Shown here piece by piece: positions 45,799 to 55,796 of a stretch of 64,000 bases of DNA (positions are counted from its first letter, which is position 1; every line of letters starts with the position of its first letter). The notes beneath the pieces are model-generated. The model did no database searches. It had not been told where the DNA came from and saw only the letters and a list, made by a program, of their open reading frames with translations. The stretch spans positions 18,275 through 82,274 of the forward strand of contig CADAPK010000002.1 of NCBI GenBank assembly GCA_902789825.1. Direction: 5' to 3'. The translations under genes and the position numbers were made by a program. The DNA comes from an uncultured Ureaplasma sp. GTDB lineage: Bacteria; Bacillota_I; Bacilli_A; Mycoplasmatales; Mycoplasmoidaceae.

Positions 45799-47437
45799 TT
45801 TTGATGAATTTATAAATTGTATCATATGCAATTTGCTCAATTGAACCATCTTTTGTTAGAATGTCTCTCAATATTTTTAAATCCGGCTCCTTAATTTTTT
45901 CTTTCATTTTTTTTAATAAAATTTCTTTGTATCCATTGATTTTGTCAATTGTATAACCAACAAAAAAAAGTGGGCCACCAAAAATTTTACAACACGATAA
46001 TAAGAAATCATTCTGTCGCATATTTTTATTCAAGATATTTGCATCAATTTCATCTTTGAAAAGTATGACAACACAATTTTTTGATGCACAAGCAACTTTA
46101 TGATAAACGCGTAAAATTGATAAATTACTATCAATGATTGTCTCATTTTTTATTGCGAGTAAAATTTTATCAATTTTATCAATCATTCCATTATTTTTAT
46201 TGGCGAATGCGGCAAATAATATTTCTTCATTTGTTGGCATAAAATCATTTTTTTGTTCGTCTTTCTCGATTTGTTTTTTACTTTCAATTTCAATGTCTTT
46301 AAATTTAAATAATGGGGGTATTTTTGTATTTAATAGTACATTATTTATAGGGGAATTTTTTGATATTTTTTTTGATGAATCAATGATTGCACAAAGAAAA
46401 CCATCATAAATATCTTTTTGTGAATATTTTTTTGCGTACAATTTCTCTCAGATGTCTAATATTTCATATATATCATTTTGTGAAGCGATATCAATGATAT
46501 TAATTTCGTTTAGTGAAAATCTAGTTAAGCAAGTTTCATCTTTTGTTTTTAGAAATATTAATTTATCGATTAAAGCATTAATAATCGACAAATTAAAATT
46601 ATTTAGATCAATTCCTTGCTCGTAATATGTTTTTAATTGTTTTAAACAATTTTTATAATCTTGTTTGATGAAACAATTTATGAAATTAACAATTTCTTCA
46701 TTTGTAAGCAAACCATAAATTTTATAAATATCTTTGTGTTTTATATCATTATTAGAATACGTAGCAATTTGATCTAAAATTGTTAGCGAATCTCGAGCTG
46801 AACCATGTGCCATTTTTGCAATTGTCGGAATAGTTTTTTCATCAAATTTTATTTGTTCTTTTTGACATATGCAAACCAATAATTTCTCAATGTCTTTGTC
46901 AGGAATTTGATGGAATTTTAAGCATTGACATCGACTAATTATTGTTAGAGGAATTTTGTGAGCCTCGGTTGTTGCAAAAATAAAAATAATAAATGATGGA
47001 GGATTTTCAATTGTTTTAAGCAAAGCATTTCATGCGGCAGTTGTTAACATGTGTGCTTCATCAATAATATAAATTTTCTTTGCTAATTTCGTTGGTAAAA
47101 AATGAATATTGTCATTAATTGATCTAATTTGATCCACCCCATTATTACTTGCGGCATCTAATTCAATAACATCAATTAAATCACAATTAATAAAACTATT
47201 GCAAATTTCACATTTTCCACAAACATCTCCATCTTTATTGTTGAGACAATTTATTGCGTTTGCAAATATTTTTGCAATTGAAGTTTTACCCGTTCCTTTT
47301 GGACCAGAAAAAATGTAAGAATTAACGATTTTATTGTCTTTTATTGCATTTTTTAAAATATTAACAACAAACGATTGACCAACAATTTCTTTAAAACTTT
47401 TTGGTCGGTATTTTTGATACAAACTAAGGTAAGACAT
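45788..47437 (-). CDS. dnaX: DNA polymerase III subunit gamma/tau
   Basis: Three same-frame track ORFs joined by single TGA codons. ..YRPKSFKEIVGQ.., GPKGTGKTS, zinc module ..CGKCEIC.., ..IIDEAHML.., ..SRCQ... 549 aa. Confidence 0.92.
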
Positions 47438-47479
47438 ATTTTTTATTATAGTAATTATCGACTAATAATTATGTTGTCT

Positions 47480-49153
47480 TTACATTTGTTCCATTACATC
47501 AATACCTAATAAATTCAAACCATTTTTAATAATGATTGCAATATCATTAATTAATGATAAACGTTGGGATGACATTTTAACATTATTTTTATCATTGATG
47601 ATTGCATTTTCGTAATAATTATGGAAAAATTTTGCAAGAACATATAAATAATTAGTCATCTTATGAACTTCATAATTTTGTGCAATATTTTTTATTGTTT
47701 GCTTAAAAAATAGTAAGTGATTGATAATTTCCTTTTCATGTTTTGTGTTTAATAAAACGTATTTTTTTGATAATTTAATCACTGATTTACGCAAAATTTG
47801 TTTAATTCGAACATAGGCATATTGCACATAATATAAGCTATTTTCGGGAGTTTTTTTTGTAATTTTATTGACATCAATTTTAATGTGTGAATCAAGTGAT
47901 TGAGAACTTAGATATCATCGTATTGTATCTTTTCCAAACAATGTATATATATCTCTAGCATTAAATGAGTTACCAAAGCGTTTTGACATTTTAAATTCTT
48001 TATCATTTTTTAATAATTGCACCATTTGCATAATACATATATGCAATTGTTTTTTTTTAAAATTAAGTAGTTGTATTGCGATTGTCATTTGATTGGCATA
48101 TGATTTATGGTCGGCACCTAAAATATCAAAAATTTTGCTATATCCTCGCGATAATTTCAAATCATGATAAGCAATATCCGGTGCAAAATAGGTATATGTT
48201 CCATCGGTTTTTTTAAGGACACGGTCTTTATCATCACCAACCGTTGTTGTTCGTAATCATAAAGCACCATCTTTTTTGTAAAGATTTTTTTTTAGTTTAG
48301 TTAAAACAGCAGTGAGAAGATTATATTTATAAATTGACGACTCATAACTCCATATATCAATAAATATTCCAAATTTTTTTAAATCTTTTTTAATTTCACA
48401 TAAGAAAAAATTTTTTACAAAATTGTAAATTTTTTCTCCTTCTTTTTGCTCCAATATCTCTTGATCATTAAATTTTATATTAATGAAAGCATCATTGTAT
48501 TTTTCTTTTAATTCATTGGCAACATCTTTAATTTCTTCACCATGATATCCATCGTTAGTTATTTCATATTTTTTACCAAACATATTTAAATATCGGATTA
48601 AAACAGATACCCCCAATTTTTTGATTTGATTTCCACCATCATTGACATAATATTCTTTATCTACACTAATTCCATATTTTTTTCAAATTCTTGTCAAACA
48701 ATCACCGTAAATACCATTGCGAAGATGGCCAATATGAATTAATCCTGTTGGATTTGCAGAAACGAATTCAATATTGTAATGTATATTTTTATGCTTAAAT
48801 TGTCCATATAAATCTTTTTTTTTAGTAATTTCATTCAAGACTTTTTTAATTATCTTCTTATTAAGAAAAAAATTTATAAATCCTGGATTTATAACTTCAA
48901 TTTTAGTGAAGTATTTTTGTTTATGCCTGATAAATTTTTTAATTAATTTACCAACTTCTATTGCCGATTTATCTTTTATTTTTGTGAGCATAGCAACATT
49001 CGATGAAAAATTACCAAATTGAATATTTTTTGCTTTTTCAACAGTGAATTTATCTTTTAGAATAAAAAAATCTTCGATTTTATAATGTTTGTTAATATAA
49101 GTCAAGCTCTTAAGAATAATTTTTTTTATTTTATCAATTATTGTTTCAATCAT
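47480..49153 (-). CDS. argS: Arginine--tRNA ligase
   Basis: Four same-frame track ORFs (all gaps verified). ..EFVSANPTGLIHIGHLRNG.. (HIGH) and ..FKMSKRFGN... 557 aa. Confidence 0.92.
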
Positions 49154-49782
49154 TAGTATTTTTTAGAATCATTATAAATTTTTCACATTAATAATGAAAA
49201 GATCGTATTATACGGACTATATTTTAAACAAATTTCATTAAGTAATGGTTTGTCAATTGCCTTTTTTGTTTTTAAAAATATCTTTAAACCTTTAATAAAA
49301 TTAGGATCATGATCACACAAGATATTTTTTTTAAAACAACCAAAAATACAAAACAATTTTATCGTGTTGATTTTCAATGATTTATATTTCTTAAATAAAT
49401 TAATAATATCTCTTTCTTCGAGTTTTAGACATTGCTTTAATTTTAGAGCTTTCACTTTGATATCTTTTGAAATTGCCAAAATTAATGTAGCTTTTTCTTC
49501 GCTCATTATTGCTTTAGACAATATATTCTTTTGAAGATAGATAATTTTATTAATTTTTATTTTATTATTTACTAAATTAGATAAATTAGTCGTTGCTTTA
49601 ATTACTTGATTATTTGAATAATCCTGTGAAATTATGCAATGAATTAAACATGGATATAATTTGGGCATAATACGAACGATAAATTTTTTGTTGTCATTTA
49701 AAAAATTTTTAACTTCAGGGTGAAGACTAATAAAGTGATTAATAATTTCTTCATTTAGGGTAATATATTTAAAGTATTTCAT
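49153..49782 (-). CDS. HhH-GPD superfamily DNA glycosylase (3-methyladenine glycosylase/AlkA-like), tentative
   Basis: ATG 49782, one TGA near the end, TAA at 49153 sharing a base with the argS ATG. 209 aa. HhH-GPD-like ..FKKYKSLKINTIKLFCIFGCFKKNILCDHDPNFIKGL.. with a conserved Asp. Confidence 0.5.
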
Positions 49783-49783
49783 T

Positions 49784-50734
49784 TTAGATAAATTCAACTA
49801 TTTTTTTAATTTTACGAAATCAAAAAAATGATATAAATTTCACAATTGGATTAACTATTTTTCATACGTAGCAACATTTAAATTTCTTATGGATTAAAAT
49901 TTTTTGTCACTGATCATTTTCTAATAAAAATTTTTCATATTCTTTAACGAAATTTTTGATAAGAAAATAAAAAATTGCAATACAAGTACAACCATTTTTA
50001 TCAAGGTATTCTAAAACATTTTTCCAAACAATAAGCTTATTTGTATTTCAGTCAATATTACTTGATGATGATGGTCGGTCGGTGCGGTAGAAACCCAAAC
50101 ATTTTTTAATGTGACAAAAACTTTTTGCAATTTTCAAGTTTTCATTGTAAACAAAAATGTCTTGATAACTTATTTTTTCTGTGCAATTTGGGATTGAATA
50201 AAAATTTTCTTTTTTATAAAATTTGCACAGTGGTTGGTGAAACGGCGTGTGTAATAAATGAATTTTTTTGTTTATTTTACAAAGTAAATGATATTTTTTA
50301 AAAAACAATCAATAAACAGGAATAGGAATTTTTCGTTTTTTTTTTGCTTTTCATCAATAAAAATTCGATGCTAAAATATCACAATTTGTTTTACTTACTT
50401 TTGCAAATTCATTTAAAGCATTTTTCGTTAATTTATCATCACTATCTAAAATAGTAATATATTTACCAAGAGCAATTTTTTTATTTTTAATAAAATTGAT
50501 GACACCACCCCAATTGCCATTTTCTTTTTTATAAAATTCAAAATTTTTAATTTTTTCTTTATATTTCTCTATGATTGTATTTAGATTGGCATTATCACCA
50601 TCATTAACTAAAACTACTTGTATTTTATTTAAATTAAAATTTTCTTGATTGGTAATAGAATCTAGTGTTTCACCGATTGTTTCTAAAGTATCGTAAAAAG
50701 GGAGAATTATTGTAAACAAAATACTTTGATTCAT
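49784..50734 (-). CDS. Family-2 glycosyltransferase (GT-A fold, glycolipid-synthase-like)
   Basis: One frame through several TGA to TAA 49784 (verified). ..FTIILPFYDTLETIGETLDSITNQ.., ..VLVNDGD.., ..ILDSDD... 316 aa. Confidence 0.75.
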
Positions 50735-50748
50735 TTCTTATGTTTTTA

Positions 50749-50822
50749 TGGAGCGGGTAATGAGAATTGAACCCACACTAATAACTTGGAAGGCTATTGT
50801 TCTGCCGTTAAACTATACCCGC
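50749..50822 (-). tRNA. tRNA-Gly (anticodon TCC), encoded CCA
   Basis: Minus-strand read GCGGGTATAGTTTAACGGCAGAACAATAGCCTTCCAAGTTATTAGTGTGGGTTCAATTCTCATTACCCGCTCCA. Anticodon loop CT-TCC-AA. Confidence 0.9.
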
Positions 50823-50825
50823 GAT

Positions 50826-50911
50826 TGGTGCTGAAGAAGGGACTTGAACCCATACGATATTGCTATCACAGAATTTTAAGTCCTGTGCGTCTACCATTCC
50901 GCCACTTCAGC
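50826..50911 (-). tRNA. tRNA-Leu (anticodon TAA), long variable arm, encoded CCA
   Basis: GCTGAAGTGGCGGAATGGTAGACGCACAGGACTTAAAATTCTGTGATAGCAATATCGTATGGGTTCAAGTCCCTTCTTCAGCACCA. Anticodon stem CAGGA/TTCTG, loop CT-TAA-AA. Confidence 0.9.
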
Positions 50912-50914
50912 ATT

Positions 50915-50989
50915 TGGTGTCCCAATGGAGATTCGAACTCCAGACCCCTTCATTAAAAGTGAAGTGCTCTGCCTCTGAGCTACTGGGAC
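50915..50989 (-). tRNA. tRNA-Lys (anticodon TTT), encoded CCA
   Basis: GTCCCAGTAGCTCAGAGGCAGAGCACTTCACTTTTAATGAAGGGGTCTGGAGTTCGAATCTCCATTGGGACACCA. Anticodon stem CTTCA/TGAAG, loop CT-TTT-AA. Confidence 0.9.
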
Positions 50990-50994
50990 ATATT

Positions 50995-51069
50995 TGGCTG
51001 GGTAGGTTGGATTCGAACCAACGCATGTCAGAATCAAAATCTGATGCCTTACCGCTTGGCTACAACCCA
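50995..51069 (-). tRNA. tRNA-Gln (anticodon TTG), encoded CCA
   Basis: TGGGTTGTAGCCAAGCGGTAAGGCATCAGATTTTGATTCTGACATGCGTTGGTTCGAATCCAACCTACCCAGCCA. Anticodon stem TCAGA/TCTGA, loop TT-TTG-AT. Confidence 0.88.
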
Positions 51070-51074
51070 ATTTA

Positions 51075-51161
51075 TGGTGGACATGGATGGATTTGAACCA
51101 ACGAAACTAGGAAAGTAACTGATTTACAGTCAGCGTGCTTTAGCCACTTGCTTACATGTCC
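51075..51161 (-). tRNA. tRNA-Tyr (anticodon GTA), long variable arm, encoded CCA
   Basis: GGACATGTAAGCAAGTGGCTAAAGCACGCTGACTGTAAATCAGTTACTTTCCTAGTTTCGTTGGTTCAAATCCATCCATGTCCACCA. Anticodon loop CT-GTA-AA. Confidence 0.9.
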
Positions 51162-51212
51162 ATTAATATATATAAGATTATATTAATATTGACTAAAAAA
51201 ATGCTTCAATAA

Positions 51213-51695
51213 CTAATTTTTAAAAGATTTTAAAATTTTTACTTTATATGGTCTTTCAATACCTTTTATTTCAACAATATCACCAACTTTTTTTCCTAAA
51301 ATAGCTGTTGCTAGTGGAGAATCATTAGAAATTTTGTTATTGTCAGGATCTGTTTCAATTGTTCCAACAATCGAATAAACATATTTCTCATTTTCTTGCA
51401 TATCTAAAATTTCAACAGACGAACCAATTTTAACGATTTTTTCATCATTTTTTGTTACATTATCATCAATGACTTCACAATTATTAATGATGTTTTCATA
51501 TTCCTTTATTTTAGCTTCAATTTCACCTTGTTGTTGTTTTGCCGCATCATAGTCTGCATTTTCTGATAGATCACCTTGCTCACGCGCAGATTGGAGAGTA
51601 GCAATAATTTTTGGTCGTTCATTTTGAACAAGATTCTTTAGTTCATTTTTAATTTCAATAAATTTTTCCTTTGTAATTATTGTCTTTTTTGACAT
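51213..51695 (-). CDS. greA: Transcription elongation factor GreA
   Basis: 160 aa. ..AREQGDLSENADYDAAKQQQ.. coiled coil and C-terminal ..SPLATAILGKKVGD... Confidence 0.92.
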   Translation of the reverse strand: MSKKTIITKEKFIEIKNELKNLVQNERPKIIATLQSAREQGDLSENADYDAAKQQQGEIEAKIKEYENIINNCEVIDDNVTKNDEKIVKIGSSVEILDMQENEKYVYSIVGTIETDPDNNKISNDSPLATAILGKKVGDIVEIKGIERPYKVKILKSFKN

Positions 51696-51719
51696 AAACT
51701 TATTTTTACCTATTAATAT

Positions 51720-52274
51720 TTATACTTTATATTTGACTAAACAATGTTTGAATTTGTAAGATTTTATTGCTTTTCCCATTCCATTTTCTGTAATCAAATT
51801 TAAATAAATATTTTCATCTCTTTTGATATATTGAACAGAAAAAAAAGTGTTTTTTTCATTTGTAATAGTAGTAATTTCCACATTATTAAACATATGCTTA
51901 TCTGTACAATTTCATTTTAGTTGAAAACCTTTACTTTCATATTCAAGTAAACTCATAATGATTTCATAATACATTTCTTCAATAAAAGCATGATTGTTAT
52001 TACCTTTTTTTAAAATTGTTTTTTGTGTCAATTTATTAAATTCATTACTTGTAAATTCACGTGGTGGACTTACAACAAAATTCCTTTTTATTAAATCTTT
52101 TAAATTTTTGATTGGAATAAATTTATCTTTTTTTGGATCGAGACAATTGATTTCATCACCATATTTTATCGAAAAAGAAGATGATTTTTTGCAAGAATTT
52201 AAAATAATAAAATTAGGAATTGTTCCAAAAATGACAAAAAAAAATGAAATAAACATACTATTATTTTTTTTCAT
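51720..52274 (-). CDS. Putative lipoprotein, unknown function
   Basis: MKKNNSMFISFFFVIFGTIPNFIILNS-C-KK lipobox. Track ORF 51912..52274 extends through one TGA to TAA 51720 (verified). 184 aa. The start lies inside the 3' end of rpsT (14-nt overlap). Confidence 0.6.
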
Positions 52275-52509
52275 TTTTATTAATTAATTTTGTCAATTTG
52301 GACTTTATGTTACTTGCTTTATTTTTGTGGATAACATGCTTTTGAGCTAAGCTATCAGCAAGTTTATAAACTTTATTTACATCAATCTTTTTTTTTGTTG
52401 TCTGAGCTAACTTAATTAGTTTTTTAAGACTATTTTTTTTTGCTTTATTTAATGTGTAAACAATTTTACTTTTTTTACTTGATTTAGCATTTGCTTTTAT
52501 ATTCGCCAT
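52261..52509 (-). CDS. rpsT: 30S ribosomal protein S20
   Basis: 82 aa. MANIKANAKSSKKSKIVYTLNKAKKNSLK.., very basic and helical. Confidence 0.88.
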   Translation of the reverse strand: MANIKANAKSSKKSKIVYTLNKAKKNSLKKLIKLAQTTKKKIDVNKVYKLADSLAQKHVIHKNKASNIKSKLTKLINKNEKK

Positions 52510-52586
52510 TTTTCGCTTCTATCGCTTTAATATTATATATGTGTCCACATTGTTATTTATAATTTTTACATCACTATTATGTAAAT

Positions 52587-53252
52587 ATGGCAACAATGAA
52601 CAATAGTTTCATTTTTATAATCATTTTTATTTTTTTTCTTGTTATGATTTTTTCAATTAAAAAGCAAAAAAATAACAAGACAAACTTTTTTTTATCTAAT
52701 CATAAAAATAAAGATGACGTTTGAAAAACAATTAAGCAATTTCTCAAAAGAAATGGTGAAAAAGGTAAAGAAATTGTTGATAGCTATGTTGTTAAAAGAA
52801 ATCACATTGATATGATTGATCCAACCCTCTCAAATCATGAAAAACAAAATAAGCGTGCTGAGATTAGGATACGCAAATTTAAATTTAAAACATTAAAGTT
52901 ATTTGCAAAAAAAAATAATATTCCTTTCGAAGCACCAAAAATTCATATTAATCGATATGTAATTGTATTTATCACAAAAAATATTAAAACTAATTTCATT
53001 GATGATCCACGATGTATTGAAATTGAAGTCGTGAGTAATAAAGTATCTAAAAACAAGTATGAAAATGAAATAATTATTAATTCAGAGTTAGACTATAACA
53101 ATGAAATTCAATGAATTTCACCTTATCGTGAATCGGAAAAAATTAAATACGAAAAGATAATGTTAAAAAATAAGATAATGCGAGAAAAACATGAAAAATT
53201 GCGTAAAAAAGAAATCATCAAACAACGATTAAAAAGAAATAAAAAAAATTAA
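52587..53252 (+). CDS. Hypothetical N-terminally anchored membrane protein with a very basic C-terminal tail
   Basis: ATG 52587 is in frame with track ORF 52812..53114 through two TGA (verified), TAA at 53250-53252. 221 aa. TM segment ..SFIFIIIFIFFLVMIFSI... Tail ..EKIMLKNKIMREKHEKLRKKEIIKQRLKRNKKN. Confidence 0.55.
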
Positions 53253-53253
53253 C

Positions 53254-53835
53254 TTAATTCATTCGCTTACTCATACCTATTAGTAAAATAATTAATTTAT
53301 TCGCTTCATTTTTAAAAGTCTTTAGAATAATTGCTTTCAATTTTGCAAATTGTTTTGTAATAAAAATAACAAAATTAATCTTACTTTTCGAATTTTCCAT
53401 TGGATTTAAAGTAATCTTACAATCAATAATATTTAAAAAAAAGTAGTTTAATCCACAAACAATTAAATCAATGAATATTTTTTTATTTTTAATTCGTTGA
53501 TCAAAAAGTAAACAAAAATTTATTGCAAAATTGTTAAATTTTGTTTGATCATAAGCGATGAAATTAAAATTATTTTTGATTTTTTCATAGTATCCAATTT
53601 TTATTAAATTTTGATAGAGATTGTAAAATAAAGAACATAATTTATCATGCTTATTTTTAATTTCATCAATGGAATCAAGAATGATGAAATCAACGATGAT
53701 CAAGCAATATTTAATTAATTTAAAATCCAAATCAAAATAATGTGGGATATTTTTAATTGCATTGTCTTTTAAAAAAAACTTAAATTTTTTAATAAAATTT
53801 CGATATATTTTTTCATTTTTTAAGGTCTTATTCAT
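53254..53835 (-). CDS. Hypothetical protein, translationally coupled to hrcA
   Basis: 193-aa uninterrupted ORF. Its ATG (53835-53833) overlaps the hrcA stop (ATGAATAA). No recognisable motif. Confidence 0.55.
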   Translation of the reverse strand: MNKTLKNEKIYRNFIKKFKFFLKDNAIKNIPHYFDLDFKLIKYCLIIVDFIILDSIDEIKNKHDKLCSLFYNLYQNLIKIGYYEKIKNNFNFIAYDQTKFNNFAINFCLLFDQRIKNKKIFIDLIVCGLNYFFLNIIDCKITLNPMENSKSKINFVIFITKQFAKLKAIILKTFKNEANKLIILLIGMSKRMN

Positions 53836-54850
53836 TGTATTTTTTTTCTAATTCATATTTAATGAATTCAAGAATAGCTTTAACTTTTGCATAATCCATT
53901 CGTTGAGGTCCAATAATCGAAATTTGATGACTATTATCTATTCCTTTAATAAAAGTGGAAGCAACCATTAAATCATTAGCACCAAATGATTCACAATTTG
54001 TAAATAGTGTTGTCTTACCAGTTTTAGCTTGTAAGTATGCGATTTGTTGTCAAATAGTAGAGTTGTCAAGCAAATTTAAAATTTTTTTAAGTTTTTCAAT
54101 ATTTTTAAATTCAGGTTGAGTAATTAGATATTTAGCTCCTTGAATTGATGTTTTAATGTCATTCATATTGTATTTGAAAATTTTTTTAATCATTTCTTGC
54201 ATAATGAATTCGTAATTCTCAACACTGTTTTTAATAATTGGTTTTAAAATTTCAATTTTTGCGGTCAAATCAGTCAATTTAGTGTCAATCAAACGATCAT
54301 TAAAAATACGAATGCATGCGGATAAGTCGTTAGCAATTGATTCATTTTTAAAACTAATTGTATTTTTTACGATTGTTCCAGATGAAGTGACAATGATAAT
54401 AATTGCTAAATTTTTGTGTAAAGGGATCAAATCAATCCGCTTTAATACTTCATTATTTTTTTTTGTCGTTATGATTGTTGGTAATTTCAACGATTCATTT
54501 ATTAATGATGTGCATTCATCAATTACATTTTCAATTGAAACAACTCGTTTAGCAAATATTTTTTTTAATTGGAGTTTGATATCACTCGACAAACATGGTG
54601 TTAAAATATTTTGTTGATAAAATTCATACCCCCATTTGGTTGGGACTCGTCCAGATGAAGCATGTGTCTTCTCAATTAATTTTTTTTTTTCGAGAACAAC
54701 CATTTCATTACGAATAGTTGCCGATGATAAATTTTTTAAAAAATTAATATTTATTTCTTTACTTGAAATTGGTAAAGCATTTGAAATATATTGTTCAACA
54801 ATAGTTTTTAATATTTGAACTTGACGTTTGGTCAAATTTTTTCCGTTCAT
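53828..54850 (-). CDS. hrcA: Heat-inducible transcription repressor HrcA
   Basis: Track ORF 54050..54850 extends through one TGA to TAA 53828 (verified). N-terminal winged helix ..LTKRQVQILKTIVEQYI..SSATIRNEMVVLE..THASSGRVPT... 340 aa. Confidence 0.9.
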
Positions 54851-54944
54851 ACAAATATATTATCATAATTTATTAATGTTCGCTTTATTTCAAAATATAG
54901 AATTATGTTATAAAATATACTTTGCATGTATTAAAATTAAAAAC

Positions 54945-55796
54945 ATGGTAAGTAATTTGAAATACAAAGTTATTTCAATTGATTTAGATGGGACGCTGTT
55001 AACTCCTTTTTTCCATACAATAACGTGCAAGGATTTGGCACAAATTGGTAAATATTCAAATTATGGCGGCAAAGTTTTTATTAATACTGGTAGATCTATT
55101 CATTCCACATATCGATATTTAAAATTAATTGAAAAGACTACAAAGAACCTTCCATCATTCGTTTCATGTTATAATGGGGCCTGAATAAAAGATCTTAGCG
55201 ATAACAAAATACATCAAAATCTAATTGAGCATGAAGTTGCTTTTAAGTTTTATGAATTGGCAAAAAAAGAAAAAATTCAAATTTGGTTGTATACTCCGCG
55301 TTGTGAACAAGAAGCGAAAGTTGAATCTAATCTTTTATCATATCGCTATCGCTTTTTAATTTGAATTGCGAGATTAACGAAATTAACAAAAATAAAAGAT
55401 ATTAATAATTTGTCATCGTATAAGATAAATTTTCTTTCGTTTTCAAAAAAGAAGATCAAGAATTTTTTCGTTCTTTTGAAGAAATTAAATTTTGATAAAA
55501 TGTGTACAATTTGTTTAACAAATTTTAACTTAATTGAGGTTACACCTCTTAATATCAATAAAGCTTACGCAATTAATTTTATTTGTAAAAAATATAATAT
55601 TCAACCGATAAATACAATTGCAATAGGCGATTCTTTTAACGATGTGTCTGCATTCAAATTAGTTGGACTTGCCATTGGTGTGAAGCCGCGAAATAAAATG
55701 TTATACCAATATTGCAATCAAATTGTAACATATAAAAGAAGTGCTGTTGCTTTTGCCATCAATCGATATGGATTCATAGAAAAAAATGACAAATAA
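54945..55796 (+). CDS. Cof-type HAD-IIB family hydrolase
   Basis: ATG 54945. Two same-frame track ORFs, with TGA-only gap (verified). Motif I ..VISIDLDGTLL.. and motif IV ..AIGDSFNDVSAF... 283 aa. Confidence 0.8.

Noticed and set aside
50860-51096. 78-aa plus-strand ORF in the track.
   Set aside because: It lies entirely antisense to four well-formed tRNA genes (Leu, Lys, Gln, Tyr); a spurious ORF.
53254-53835. Considered calling the ORF after hrcA as a divergent grpE because of its position.
   Set aside because: The sequence shows neither the GrpE coiled-coil N-terminus nor the conserved C-terminal beta-domain motifs, so position alone is insufficient.
54851-54944. Searched for a CIRCE operator (TTAGCACTC-N9-GAGTGCTAA) upstream of hrcA.
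   Set aside because: No match or near-match is visible in this spacer. CIRCE sites, if any, are probably upstream of chaperone genes outside the window.
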